The notes under the pieces: model-generated
Told to the model about the DNA's origin: nothing
Database searches by the model: none
The model's input: the letters and a program-made list of their open reading frames with translations, nothing else
NCBI GenBank assembly: GCA_036172245.1
Contig: JAYWIR010000071.1
Span: 310,001 to 374,000 of the forward strand
Direction: 5' to 3'
Origin: Raillietiella orientalis
Lineage: Eukaryota
Length of the DNA: 64,000 bases
Translations under genes and position numbers: made by a program
Part shown: in pieces, positions 25,900 through 40,176 of the stretch
How positions within the stretch are numbered: the first letter of the stretch is position 1
Layout of the letters: each line of letters opens with the position of its first letter

Positions 25900-28800
25900 A
25901 GTTTTTCCTGGAACGAGCTTCCTATTCCTTCTAAGAGCTAACAGATGCTTAACTCTCCAGTTTACGGGAAGCAACCCAAACTTACTCGATCAACTCTTGG
26001 AGATTTAGTCATGAGCGAGATTATTCTCATCCAAATAACCCACTTTCAGCACTGTCTGCCGAAATCCCTCGTCAGATTGTGACAACGGCTGAAACGGCTT
26101 TTTATGCTGCCATTGTTTCAGCACCATTAGGAGCTTGAGAAGTTGTTCACTCCTCTTTTGCTATCTTTCTCCATCTCCTTGTCACAGTTGGAGAGCAATG
26201 TCTTGCCTCTAAACATCTTACAAATTATGGTATTCTTGGCTTGCTTTCTCCGTGGTTACCCAGCCGCCAAGTTCAGTCTGCACAGTCTCCAAGAATACGT
26301 CGACCTTGCAGCCTGACACTGTAGGGAGCAGAATGTGGAGTTCAAACGTCGGATCACCCTTGGTGGGTGAGGTGGTGGTGGGGGTGCCGATAGGGACGTT
26401 CCCCCCACGAGGGTGGACAGGGAATCGCCCTTCAGCATCCACGAATCTTTCGGGAATTACGGGCAGATCTCATTCACGGTCAGCCGATTCGCTGACCAGT
26501 CTCATCCTGCATATGATCCTGGTGCCGAATTGAGGATCTCGTGAAAAAAAAACACCTCGACCAGAATTCATCGGGAGAAGATCCTCCTCAGCCACTGCAT
26601 CCTCTTAAAACCCTGCAAAGATTGCGAATTCTCACCGGACCTGTCCTGAAAAGCACGAACCGTTCTTCTGGCCTCTCCAGCATCTCTGCATTCGCATCCG
26701 GCCAAAAATAAGGTAGGAAGCGAAATGTTCCGCAACCGATGTCGGCCTTGATTCCCGGCGCCAGCTCCCTGGTCTCCAAAGGGCTCAACTGTCGAGGGAT
26801 TGCACGGCGAGGACATCCACAGCTCCTACCGTCGTGCTTCTCTGCATGTGCTGCGCGCCCACTTCCTGGTGCCAACACAATGAGCTGCTGCTCCTGAACG
26901 CAGCAAGAAGCTCCAGCAAGAAGCCTGGTACGCTGTCTGGAGTGCCCCATGACTCTCGGGAGGCTTCGTATCCACTGATTACCCGGACATCGATGCACCC
27001 AAGTTACAGCACAGGTGGCGAGAAAACCAGATCCGGGGTCGATGCAGTGGAACGCATCTCTGCTCTGCGGTGGACGTGACCACAGGAACCGGTCTCGTCA
27101 ACAGACCATCCCCCTTCCTAGGACCACCGCCACCACCTGCAGGTCGAATCAGAGTAGCCAGCGCTGCCACGACCCACCATTCTAACGATCGCCACCCCAC
27201 GACGGCTCTTAGATTCAGCGGTACCTCGGATCCGGTCACCACCTCAAAGCTGCCACGTTGCAGAGTTTGGCATTCGGGAAATGCTCCCATCTCACATACC
27301 ACCTTGTACAGATGGTTCCATGATTCTTACCGAAAGATGGAAATCGGTTCGGCGCACGCTGATCAACACCCAGTCCATTGGGAATCACACTCAGTCTGTG
27401 GAGCTGTCGCTGTGAGTGCTCTTCGCGTAGGTTCCTCGAGCGACACGAAGATCACGAATCCTTACACCAGTTCCAAGTCTAGAAAAGGAAATTCTGCCTT
27501 TCTTCGGGGATGCTGATGCTTCGTTCTCAGGTCAGATCACTTCCTTTACAGTCTTCTGAGCGTAGAGGTTCCACCCCCTGCATTCTTCTTCTCGGACGGC
27601 ATCCCGTTACCACTCCCTCGTCCCCACGCTCGCAAACGACCAGAGTACATCCAGTTTTAAGCGGCCAGCTGCTTCCTTGAATGTGTCTTCCTCTCACAAG
27701 CGGGATTCTACACATCGAGACAACCGTCTCTGGACCGATGGCGGCCGCCCTTCCCTGTCTTCGAATCGCCGTCTGATTTCTCTGCCCTTCTCGCCTTCGC
27801 AGTGCAGATCTCACCTTGGATCAGTGTTGCTGGGCGACAGGCTTCCGAAAGATTATCCTGGCACATTCTCTCCATTATCTCCTGCGATTGGCTGTCACGC
27901 AACCCCGTCCCTCTTCTTCCGAGAGTCCCCGCTTCCTGGTTCCAGTATTTTCACACCGTGCAGCCGGATTCTGTAGGCTGGGATCTCCCAACGCAGCGTG
28001 GGGAGACCGGCACGCCAAGTTCTCTCTACGGCCGGTGCTCCTCAGTGAGTCCAGGTTGCGACGCCTCCGGTTCGCAAGCTAGGGCGGTCTCCATGCAAGC
28101 CCCAACCTGAAGGTCATCCTCGAGAAAGCGTTCCGGAGGAAGCCACGGGTCTCCAGGCAACGAGGCCGTATGTAAGAGTGATATTCTAGAGCACGGTCAC
28201 CCTGTTCTCGCGGGCGGTTCATGGGCGGCTCTCGCCATCAAACGATGGGGGACCTCCTTGCCCCCTCTTCTTCGGAGCACCTGCGGTGGTAGTCGACCTG
28301 GTTGCGATCCTTGTCAACGACTTGCTCACTCGAGGAGCTCCAGGAGAGCTCCTCAAGGAGGGTCGCATGGGGGAGGGAGATGCTACCGCAGGGATTTCGG
28401 GGCGCAAATTAGTCGGCAGCTGACCACCGAGCCCTGGCGACGAACCACGGGAAGGCTGTGATGATAGGATGGTGTCCTGCCGTAGCGCGTTTCCTGTTCC
28501 TTTCTCGCGGCGTGACTGCCCTCCTCTGGAGAGGAAACGGTCATCCTCTCGTTCCGAGATTGACCACTAGCACCACCTGGCCATGCTGATAGAAACTCGG
28601 ACGGATGCCTCCGCAGAAATGGACGAGGATAGGGCCGTCGGCAGCTCCAGCGCCTCACGGGGACACGGCTGAGGGTGGCGCGACGCCTGGGTCCCAGGTT
28701 GGGTTCCGTTCCCTGCGTAGGGTCCACCTCCTTTCCTCTCCCGGTATCACCGTGTGCTCCGCGCGGAAGGGATCGATCCGATTCCTCTCGATCTCGGAAT

Positions 28801-30880
28801 GGCACCCCAAGGGAGTCCCGAGGTCAGTCGCCGACAGTTGCCGCTCCACACCCGCCTCTCGCGACACCCCAACCTGGGAGGCGTCTTCCCAACCCCCCTA
28901 CTGTCTCCGGAAGGACGGAAGGGCAAACGACGTGCCAATAGCAGTCTCTACTGGCCAAGAGCGCCCACCCGCTGTTTGCCGCACGCCTCCTTCCCTCGCC
29001 GTGCTCTTCCGGACGGGCGTGGGCATTCGAGAGTGCTGCAGCATCCTCGCCCCTTCGCGGACCTCGAGGCCACGCAGCCGAGGATTCGCGCTGCGCAGGC
29101 ATCTTTGGTGAGGAGTTGCCAGGGCGAGAGGGGAGGGGGAGAGACGGAGACCCTTCGCCTCCCACATCCACTCTACCCCACCCTCCTCCACTTGCACTCC
29201 AGAATCCCCACCTCGAAGAAGGGGGTTCATGATCACATGCCACGCCGTCCCTGCCCCCTGCCTGCGTTGCGTCCCTCCGGAAGAACCAACCCCGCCCACC
29301 TGACCGTTTGGCGCCTCCTCGAGATCGGGGCGATTCTGCCGATCACGCCTCCGAGTCCCGGAATGGCAGGTCCTTTCCTTCCTCGGGGAGCGGGATAGCC
29401 TCTTCCCGGTCCCCACGGCCCGCCCGAGACGCGCCCCTCACCTTTCTCTTCCCGCTCTCGGAGCGGCGCGGTCGCGTTGGAGATGGATCGATGAGGGGAC
29501 CGCGCTTGCTCGCCCTCACGCGACGTTTCCTCTCCAGAGGAGGGCAGGCACGCCTCGAGGAAGAAACAGGAAACGCGCTACGACAGGACGCCATCCTGTC
29601 ATCACCGCCTTCCCGTGGTTCGTCGGCAGGGCTCGGGAGTGCTCCAGGGAAGAAGGTCAGCGTGCCGGTAAGCTCCAAAAGGGGAATTCCCCGGAAGCAG
29701 CGCGCCGCCGGAGGGGAGGGTGGGGGAAGATGAGCTTATCCTTGAGGGACTTGCCGGGAAGATCACCGTCCCTGACCTTCCTGACTTCCTAGGAAGGGGT
29801 GGTCTAGCTCCCGCGAGCTCCCAGCAGGTCACGGCGCCGAAGCATAGCTCGAGGGTTCGTCTCCTCCTCGCTCTCCCCTCAGGAGGAAACACCCTCTGGT
29901 CGGACGACGCAGGAACGTTGAACCGAGGCTTGCGCTTGCGAAACCGTGGAGAGTTCCTAAGGAGCCATTGAGATCCGGTGGTCACCCATAGCTGCTGGAA
30001 AGGGCCAATACCGAGGTCAAAAATCGTGGACCATGGGTGCGCTTCCTGGTTCCTATCGGAAGCCAAGTCTCCAATAGGAAGCGGTCGCCTTGGTTGCAAC
30101 CTCCGTGGGGCACCGTGCTACCATAAGTTGTCGTGGCAAATGAGAGTGCGAGGGGAGGCGGGTGGGTGCGCCCGCCCGCGTAAGTTCTCTTTCGAAGGAG
30201 TGGGCCGGGATGAGGAAAAGAAATGGCGACAGTCAGATCCTTAGGTGAAAATTGAACTTCCGTTTCGCTGGATGTCTTCCAGCGAAAGCTTTATCAGCAA
30301 AGACATCCGGTATTCGGGGACTCTTTTCTCTCTCCTGGACTGGCACCAGGCCGCCCTTCCAGGACCCTGTGACGGGGTACCGGATGGATCGATCCACAGT
30401 GCCTCACCATCGCACATACGCGACTTCAGAAACGCTTGCGTGCACCGGCTGATCTGACTAGAAAGAATTAAGGATGTCTTCAAGGAATCTCGGCAGTCTC
30501 CGAGAGAGTTCTCCGGTTTTCCAACGGAAGACTGATGATGGAATCGGACGATGATCGACGACATTCAAAACAAGGAAGGAGGGCAGTGCTTCTTGGGTGT
30601 GCAACCCAGAAGCGTGTGGCGTGTTCAGCAAGAAGAGTCGCGAGAGGACGGCTGGACTGCGCTCGCCCGGTGGTGCAGAACAGGAGCATGAGGTGCGGGC
30701 GTTCAGCAGCTGACAATTTGAAATATTCTTCCTCGGTTCGTTCACGGTTCCACTATGAAACTGAATCTCGCTCAGCCTGCCCTCCTGCACGTTGACCCGA
30801 TGAAAGAAGAAAAAAAGAACACTACTAACTGCCTCGTGTCGGTCCTGCCCATCGGGAGATGGAACTGGAAACACGAAAAG
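25900..30880 (-). mobile_element. Degenerate near-full-length L1/Tx1-like LINE
   Basis: Order on - strand: ORF1-like region (about 30.0-30.7 kb), endonuclease-like region (RSANP, about 28.8-29.4 kb), RT-like region (WNHLYKVVCEMGAFP, LAGASCCVQEQQ, FLPYFWPD..., about 26.6-27.5 kb). Many stops and frameshifts; boundaries approximate. Confidence 0.55.
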
Positions 30881-33269
30881 TTAGGAGATACCCAGAACCC
30901 TAGGGTTTGATACTACCATTTAAGTCTTTATTTTGAGCCCTCTACAATCCTTTTTGAATTAAATGTTTAATTGTACTGCATGCCACCTTGGTACGCATTT
31001 GGCAGGTTACCTACTGCCCAAATGTGGTAGATCCATGTCCAACCTACGTTTGCAGTGTGCTCTAAGAAGCTTCCTTCTTTCCCAGACGACTGTTGATCGT
31101 TGGCCAGCTACGAGCATGGAACCAAATTCGAACACGATTCATTCTCTCTTCATTCTTCATCGCCAAAACTTTTTGATAATGCACACACATCTTAGGATCC
31201 TAAAAACGCAAATGAATTATGTACCGTGATCGGATCCATTTGAATATTAAGAATGCAGCTTCCTTTCCCAGTACTCTGTACATAACTCAATCCGTCTTCA
31301 TGAGAGTCAAAAGGGTGCATGCAACATAAGCAATACTACCAGTAATAGTGGATATTTCTCATAGTAGTACAGTAATTCGTATACATCAGTGGGCTGATTC
31401 CACTCTCTTACACAGCTTTCCTTCTGTGGTGTCGTACCTGGATGGCAACCATAGGAAATGTCTAGGAAAAACTGGATCAGAAACTCGTATCAGTTGTTAG
31501 ATACCAAGAGGATGTAACCTGGCTTAAAACCTTATCAAAACAACAACATAAATTGTTGCAGCAGATATACAGAGTCATAATTTCCAAAGGGGTGAGTGAA
31601 GCGATAATGTTCTTCGGATTGATAAAGTGTTGCTGAGACGGCACTGTGCACGTCGTACACCAAGGTGGCCATTTATTGATTTCAGTTCCGATCTGCTTGT
31701 TTGGATGGAAATCGATAGAGAAAACAGAAGAAATCAAGGAAATGGAGCAATTGCTCGAGCTGAAAAACTGAACCTCAAGAAATTGGTGCATTCAAAGTCT
31801 TGACTGTGTTAGGAACAACTTTACTAACACTTGACGGGATAAAAATAAAATACAATAAAAAAAAAATTGTCATTTAAAAAGCATTGTGAAAATTATGGAA
31901 TTCAGGGAACGGACCTCCAGAGACATCGTGTGCTATCCCGTAATAAAGTGCTTTCTATGTCTCAGATAAAAAATTGAAATTTGGTGCAACGTCCGATAGC
32001 ATTATATAAAGAATACTGCAAGTATTCATTAAGGAACTTGTACATATTATTTATGCTTGCGAAAGTGTTAAAATCCTATACAGGAATTTATACGTACTAC
32101 AAAAAGCTAGAAATCCTAGTAAAAGGTGAAGGCAATTTTACTATAAAAACATGCTCATTATTTACAACGGAGAAAGCAAGATGACAATAAGGTCACTTAG
32201 TATGCCCACAATTGCAAAGCACAAGTTTTTTTTAATATATTTCTTATTTTGCTAAGCTTGATACATTCGCTCTAGACAGTTGGGGCGAAAACTTTGCATT
32301 ACTAATAATAATATTTAATCCTTTAGTCACAAAAGAGTTTCAGTTGCATTTATCTTTGCAATATTTACGTGAAATAAAGAAGAAAGAATGTAAAAGATAC
32401 TAGACCCAGATATGATCAGAAATTTTCAATTTGTCCCGTTTCATTAAAAAAAAAAATCTCTATTAGCTTTTCTATTATTTTGAAAGTTGAGTGTAACTAA
32501 GATGTCATTCACTGTATGCGCTAAGAAGTGACAAACTGTGTATACTTCTCACCGTATTTTTCTCGAGGTGTTGTGATGAAATTACTTTCTACAAACGCTA
32601 AACATACAAGTATACATTCTATAATCTTTCGAATAGGCAGATGAAATAATGGAACGTTACTCTGTAATTACAGAACGAGTATTCAGATTTCCTTCATTAA
32701 GGGGCGACTTTCCACATCGATTCGCATTAGGTGCTTCTTCTCCCTCGGAACTGTCCACAAACCAAGTTGCACTTCCCAGTTTACCATGTTCCGATGCAAT
32801 ATTTTAAGGACATCAAAAATTTGATACTTCATGAATACTTTTGCTGAACACATAAAGAAGAATGATGGAAACAGCATGCGAAATAATGGATTCGTCTTTA
32901 GGGACGCCTCTCCTGTTTTCCGAAAGACTTTATCTCGTGCTGTAATTTTGCTCGACTTTATTCTAACCACCACCATCATTGCACGGTTCAGTTTCAAGAG
33001 ATTTCCCCGTTTTCTGTCATCCTTTTGAAAGATTCTTTGTTCGCAGATCCGTGAGACTTTTCAGCATCTGTACCTTCTGCACAGTATCACTGATCTTGCA
33101 ATGATGCAATGGTGAAGCAAGTGAGCTCAACCAGTTTAATTTGCGATGCTGAGGCTAAGCCGCTGGCAATTCCAGGTAATTTACATATTCGTAAATCACT
33201 TTTATCTCCATACTCAGCAAAGAACACTACTGTAGGTTAGAGCGTTTTTTCAATGAAGAGCAACCGGAC

Positions 33270-33529
33270 CTAGCCGGTGGCAAGTGTCACGTATGATGTT
33301 TGGCAGAGCTGGCAAATTCCAGATTCATATTTTGAAGATGCGTGAATGAAAGTTGCTCAGCCAGAGAATCTGAATAGGAAAATGAATTATCCGTAACTCA
33401 CATTTCCTTACTTCCCACGTTAACTAACGTAACTTCTGGAGCCTCGGTCTTAGGTATACAGTACACCTTTTGTTTAGTAATCTCTTCAATCACATGTTTA
33501 ACAACGTTTACGGCTTCTCTTGCAAACAT
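33270..33529 (-). CDS. Candidate small spliced gene divergent from the acetyl-CoA synthetase (exons 33529-33412 and 33369-about 33270; may continue to about 32683)
   Basis: An ATG-initiated exon MFAREAVNVVKHVIEEITKQKVYCIPKTEAPEVTLVNVG joins in phase over a 42-nt GTAAGG..TTCAG intron to NSLAEQLSFTHLQNMNLEF. Downstream exon joining could not be resolved. Confidence 0.3.
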
Positions 33530-33783
33530 CTGTGTACAGTGTTTGCCATGAAATGCTTGTGTATACGGTTTTTCTTGTCATGTTTCAAGGTCTTTGTTTG
33601 CAGTCAAACTGGAGTTCCCGGATCTGTTCATTAACAAGGTTGTATTTACTGCGTGGCGCGAAATATGAGTCTCGGAAATATTTGTGTTGTAAATAAAGTT
33701 TCAATTAAACAGAAATTCAGGAAAAGTTCTCACAGTGGAGTCATGTTCGTTTCTGCTTTTCAGATGACATTTTTGATGCTGCT

Positions 33784-36700
33784 ATGGACTGTGTTTATTA
33801 TCCAGTGAAAAACTTTAGTGAGTCAGCTCATGTAAAATCTTTGGGAGAATATCAGTTGTTACACAAATACTCCTTAAATGAACCAGACAAGTTTTGGTTG
33901 GGGCTAGCTCGTGACTTTTATTGGAATGTATGCCCCACGCCACCCATATGTGAGTTCAATTTTGACGTCAACAAAGGTCCTGTGTTTATAAAGTGGTTCG
34001 AAAGTGGCAAAACGAATATATGCTATAATGCATTGGATCATAATATTAAAGTCAAAGGAATTGGAGAGAAAATCGCATTTTACTGGTAAAATATTTTCTT
34101 CATTTCACGGTGATCATTTGGATATGCCCTTTTATAATTAATTCCAGATTGTTTGATACATGCAAGCAACAATGTTTTAAAAATAATTTTCCCAGGTATT
34201 CCAAGAATTTATCTTCATTTCCTTTTAATAGGAATTGCAGTTTAGGGTCAGATGCGAAGGAACTGCCTACACTAGAGTACAAGATGCATGCACCACACTA
34301 AAATTCTTGTGCCTCAAAATTGATGCAATTTGGGTTTGACATCTGCACATACTTTAAGTAATGCATTCCAGATTACCCAATAAGTTTCGAATCGGCATCG
34401 GACTGTAGTATTACAAGACATATGTTTGCAAAGACGTATTTCTAAAAGTGGATTGGAAAAAAAAAAAAAAAAAAAAAGGAAGTTAGGTCATTTGTGTGAA
34501 TCCCAGAGAGGTGGACTCCTAGGTGTTAAGTCAGTGCTGAAGAAGTACAGGTTGATTACGAGCAATTTAATTTGAATGTGCAGATGGCTTTGACACTGAT
34601 CAAGAAGTTTACTTGACTTGAAAACAGAAGGATGTTTGTTACTTCTGATCATACCTTAACATTCAAAAGCTGAAATTAGATATTTATAAGTCATGGCATA
34701 TTTTTAAAAGGATATTTGTTTAGAGACTGATTAGCTGAAAGAAGTCACAGTCTACTTCTATATGTTGCACCCACTGACAGTGACATTTCTGATAACATCG
34801 ACATTCTTTAATGGAAGCATGCAATCTAAAATTCTTAAGAGTAATTAGTAATTTTAAATCCATTTGGAAAATCAAAAGTTTAGTGCTGTAGTAGCCCAAG
34901 ACATTGTTTGCAGATCAACTTTGGTGTCACATAAAAATAGTACACATGCATTCCACAAACCATGAATCAAATTTAGGGGAGTGTGTTTAGTATTGTTCAG
35001 TGCTTTGAATCCATAACGAGCTAACTTTTAAAAAATAATACTCATGTCAAGACTGGAGATGGCATCTTTGTGTGCCTTGCAGTACTTCTTACCATGTAAT
35101 TGATGTATCTTGATTGAACTTTCTGTTTTTCAGCATGTCTGTCAAATGGTTAAATGCTTGGTCTGTGGAAGTTATTGGGAGTCATTTTTAGTTTGTTTCC
35201 TCTGGAAAATATGACTTCAATTTTCAAAAGTACTTATCAGAACAATCAAGCTTTGTTTTGTACAGATTCCATTTACAACTGTAGGTTTTCAAGTCCTTGA
35301 TTGAATTGATTGAATAGAAGTCAGACATGGAAACTTGCACTGCATGACACACCATTCATGATAATGACAATTCACCCATCAGGTGTTTGCTTGCTCTAAA
35401 TAATAGTGATATATAAGCATATTGATAATAATTGTAGATTTGAATTAATAAAGCAAATTATAAAAGCACAAAAGAAAATATTCGAGGTACTGCTTGTGAC
35501 CTGGTTGTTGGGGTATGGTAAATTTGAGTAGAGTATTTTGAGTGCAAAAGCATAATTATATAACTTGTGCATTACTGCATTTTGTGTAATCATTTCTGTA
35601 TAGGCTATGAGACAAGTTGGTAGCTAATCATGTTTTATGAAGAGTTGTAATTTGCTGGCATATGTGATAAAAGAACTTGTTAATGAGTACTGTATTTTTT
35701 ATCAAGTTTCATTCCAAAGAAAGTTGAAATCATTTGATCACTGTAGTTCTATTTAAGCAAGCTCAAGAAATTTGGTTTTAGGATCACTTGGTTTATTTTC
35801 ATGCACTGGTGTAATGAAATGTTCTTGCAAACATTTGTTCAAAGTAACCATTTTGAGTGTAAAGATATCTATTTTCAGGGAAGGAAATGAATCCAATAAT
35901 CAGAAGTCCATTACCTATCGAGCATTGTTACGTCAAGTATGCAAGTTTGCAAATGTTTTAAAAGCAAAAGGAGTGAAACATGGTGATTGTGTTGCAGTGT
36001 ATATGCCTATGATTCTTGAATTGATTGTTGTGATGCTAGCATGTTCAAGAATAGGAGCTGTTCATTCTGTTGTGGTAAAAACTTTTTGATCTCCTTTATA
36101 TGCAATTTTGATGTTAAAGATACATTTCCTTATAGTTATGATTAGAATTAATATTTGATGAAGAGTTTTTTTCGCAGTTTGCTGGATTTTCAAAGGATTC
36201 ACTGGCAGAACGCATTCTGCAAGCTAAAAGCACACTGCTTATCACAGCAGATGGAGTGTGGAGAGGGGCGAAGAAAATTAATTTGCAGTGCATTGTCTAT
36301 GAAGGTAAGCCAATTATTGTTTATTGAGCTGATTTTTTTATTCTTCTTTCTAGCTCTCAATAAATGTGCAGACAGTGGCTTACATGTTAACTGTATCTTA
36401 TTTAATCATACAGAATCCCTCTTAGATGTGCAAAAATACCAGGCACTAAATGTGGATATGGTAAGATGCCCTGTGGCAAATTTTGATATAAACATGATTG
36501 TCTGTTCACAGCAGAGATTTACATCTCATTTATGTGTGTGATTGTGTGACATTTCTTTCAGTGGGATGACTTAATGATTAATGCCAGTGAAGAATGTGAT
36601 GTAGAATGGTTGGGGGCAGAAGAAACATTGTTTATTCTGTACACGAGGTGAGTTGTATTGTTTGAAATTACTCAGGGTTCTGTAGTGGCTCTACAGGTCA

Positions 36701-38029
36701 CCCCAAAGGGATACTGCATACAGTTGGGGGATACATGGTATATGCTGCTACAACCCAAAAGTATGTTTTTGATGTGAAAGATGATGATGTGTATTGGTGT
36801 ACAGCTGATCTTGGATGGATCACTGGTCACACATATGGATTATATGGTCCCCTATTGAATGGAATCACAAGTGTCATGGTATGTATGTTAAACTCTTATC
36901 AAACATCTGAAATCTTTGAAATTTGAAAGTTTGAAGGTGTGCCATATTACAGTCATCCAGGAAGATGGTGGGAGATTGTTGATAAATATCAGGTAACCAA
37001 ATTTTATACAGCCCCTACTGCAATTCGTGCACTAATGAAAATGGGTGATGATCATGTGCTCCGGTTAGTAAGCTTATCAGTTTGCATCTCATGATAAACT
37101 TGATTTCAGCTTCTCAAGAAAGTCTCTCAAAATATTAGGTACTGTTGGAGAGCCAATTAATCCAGAAGCATGGCACTGGTACCATGATGTGATCGGTCAA
37201 GGTCATTGCCCAATTGTTGATACTTTCTGGCAAACAGAAACAGGGGGACATGTGATTGCTCCTCTCCCTGGAGCAATACCATTGAAACCAGGGTCAGCGA
37301 CTCTGCCTTTTTTTGGAGTTGATCCAGTGATTTTGCGTGAAGATGGGCAAAAAGCAGATGTTAATGAAGAGGGCTTCCTTGTGTTCCGTCAACCATGGCC
37401 AGGAATGGTGAGAACTCTTTATGGACAGCAGAAACGCTTTGAAGAAGTTTATTTCCGGAAATTTATCGGTTATTATTCCTGTGGTGATGGTATGAGATGA
37501 AAACTATAATTTCATTCTACTTGATTCGAAAACTTGCTTTCTTAGGTGCACATCAGGATGCTGATGGTTACTTTTGGATTACTGGTCGCATTGATGACAT
37601 GGTAAATGTGTCAGGCCACTTGCTTAGCACTGCACAGATTGAAAGCGTTTTAATGGAGCATCATTCAGTTGCTGAAGCTGCTGCTGTTTCCCGCATGCAT
37701 CCTGTTAAGGGGGAATGTCTGTATTGTTTCATTACTCCATTGGAAGGTGTACAATGGACAGATAATCTTGTTTCAGAATTAAAACAATTAGGTAAGTTTG
37801 GAGTATGCTTATATAAATGGTTTATTTCTTGATAGTCAGGATAAGAATTGGTCCATTTGCTGTTCCTGATTATCTCCAGTGTGCGAATGCATTACCTAAA
37901 ACACGTTCTGGTAAAATTATGAGGCGGATCTTGCGGAAGATTGCCAGAAATGATTGTGACCTTGGTGATACATCAACTTTAGCTGACCCAAGTATTGTTG
38001 ACACCTTGTTTGCTGGTCTACAGCAGTAA
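33784..38029 (+). CDS. Acetyl-CoA synthetase (ACSS2-like), about 10 exons
   Basis: Spliced motifs: [26 protein letters not shown]...[104 protein letters not shown]. One 1.8 kb intron (34086-35878); the rest are short, including a 38-nt intron (36648-36685). Confidence 0.97.
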
Positions 38030-40176
38030 CAAGCAAACCTTCCATGAGCTGTTGCAGATAATACATATCATACCTCGTGAAACTGATTTGCTGCATACAT
38101 ATCACATACTGTATTTTATTTATATATGTTGCAAATTAAATATATCTGTTAGGGCCACAGTTTAGAGTTCATCTTAGAGATAATTGAGTTATTGTTCTTA
38201 GCCTGTGGTAGTGACATTTTGAATGTTAAACTCTCCTAAGCAAGAGTGAAACTTGCCTTTTTTTCCTACAGGATATTGCTCATAACAGTTGTGTATTGAA
38301 AGTATTAGTTTCCATTTCCAAAAAAGCCAAAGATTTTAAGAATAGAAGAAGAAATAAAATGAGACAAACTTGGCTGAGATTCATTCTTTCTATATTCGTT
38401 TTTATGGGTGTCACATCCTGGTGGGTCTAGTAAACTGAGAGAACTGATAGAGAGAGAACATACAGCTGCTGAAAATTCTTAAAGGTAGTGCAGGTCACTT
38501 CGCCTAAAGTATGAATTCTTTTCTTGCTGTGTCTGTGGGTGTGTTTATTGCATGTCAACAACACGAATTGTTTGACAAGCATTGCTCTGGGGATGGCTCT
38601 TCACATACCAACCCAGGAATCCAAGAAAAAGATGACACTCTTTGCAGAGAAAAGTGTGTTACATCGAGGTGTTTTGTTATATCGAAAACAGACAGATACA
38701 TGGAAGAATTCTTCAGTGCACATCTGAAGTGACTTGGTAGAATGCTCAGTAGTAGATAGATAATCCTTGAAGTTCCAGTTTGATAGATTTTCATGGTTGC
38801 GACAAAAAGATGCCACTCTTTTGTCTGCAGTGCTTTAGGAGCTAGTGGTGTCTAGCAGGCGAAGTGGACAGTAGAGACGTGAGACTGACATGGTGGTCCC
38901 AAGTTCGGCCATTCCAATCACATGACATCTCTGATGAGGATGCCTTGTTGATCAGCAAATCAACTGTGTTTGAAGTTTCTGCCTGAGAATAGATCTGCCC
39001 CTTTGATCATGGTTTGGGCAGCTGCAAAACAGTTCTGCTTCACAGAGCTCAGCACTGTTGCACGGATCGAGTTTGCAAACTAATGGACCTGTCGAATGGT
39101 GGAATGGAGTAACCATGTGTTGGGAGCTTGTAGACAGAGGAGTCCTATGACAGATGGAATTCCCTAGTCCCTGCAGGAACCAGTTTTCTGGACTTTGTAC
39201 TCCTATGGGGTCAGAGACACCTTATCTGGCCTTGCTCCGAAACACTTAATGTCCTAGTGGTGAAGAAGGGTAAGTAGAAAGTTTTCTTTCCGATTTTCTG
39301 TGGGTTCAAGATGAATGAAGACGTGCGGCTAGAACATGGGAAGTGTAAGCGAAGGGCCATACGAAACTGATACAAGAGTATGGGGAAAATGGAAACGAAT
39401 GGGAACCTTGGAGACTTCTAATCCGGGGTGCTCTGCAAGTTGAAAACGAATTTCGAAGCCGGATCACGATAAGACTTGGCTGAACGTTCAACTTCCGCTT
39501 TGACACTTCGTGATACTCTTTCGTGGCATCACGTTCCTTTCCAACAGCAAGTTAATCTGTGCTACACTCTTTTGCCAAAAGGTGATCACTGAATTACTTT
39601 TGCTAAACTCTCGAATTTTGTTTCCAGACATTTTGCCGAGCGAATTCGCCACGTAGCTCCGTCTGCGAAAGGAAGCTGTGACCCACGAGGATCGACCAAT
39701 CAGCGGAAGAGAAGAGAGCACCGACGACACGTAAGACACGACGGGCGCACGCGGGGAGACAGCCGCAAGCAGACAAACGCGAACAAAAATGTTCGACGCA
39801 ACTGAACGAGAGAAGAGGGAAATGAACAAAAAAAAAAAAAATCGTGAAACATCAATAAATGAATAAGTAAAAAACACATAAATAAATGAAACTTCTACAA
39901 ATGGATGGAAGAAACGTATGTATAAAACAAACACGCAACCAAGTGGACGAAAACAAACAAAATGGATACGCAACCAAGTGGACAAAACGGATGAGAAGCA
40001 ACTGTCTTGATGAGATGCGCCAGCCTCGTCGGGAGGAGCAGACGGAGGTGTGCTGCCCGCAGCGCCCCTTCCGGGACGTCGGAAGAAGGGACGTGTTTGC
40101 AGGCTGAGGGAGAGAGAAGGAGGGAGGAGGTTGAGGGTGGAACCAACCCTCCCCCTGCTTTCGTGCAGTGCTGTGC

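Noticed and set aside
30896..30907. Telomere-like palindrome AACCCTAGGGTT at a GC/AT boundary
   Set aside because: A single 12-bp occurrence with no tandem telomeric array.
39930..39995. Two copies of ACGCAACCAAGTGGAC as a CRISPR-like repeat
   Set aside because: Only two units, in a eukaryotic 3' UTR region; a simple tandem duplication with no cas genes.
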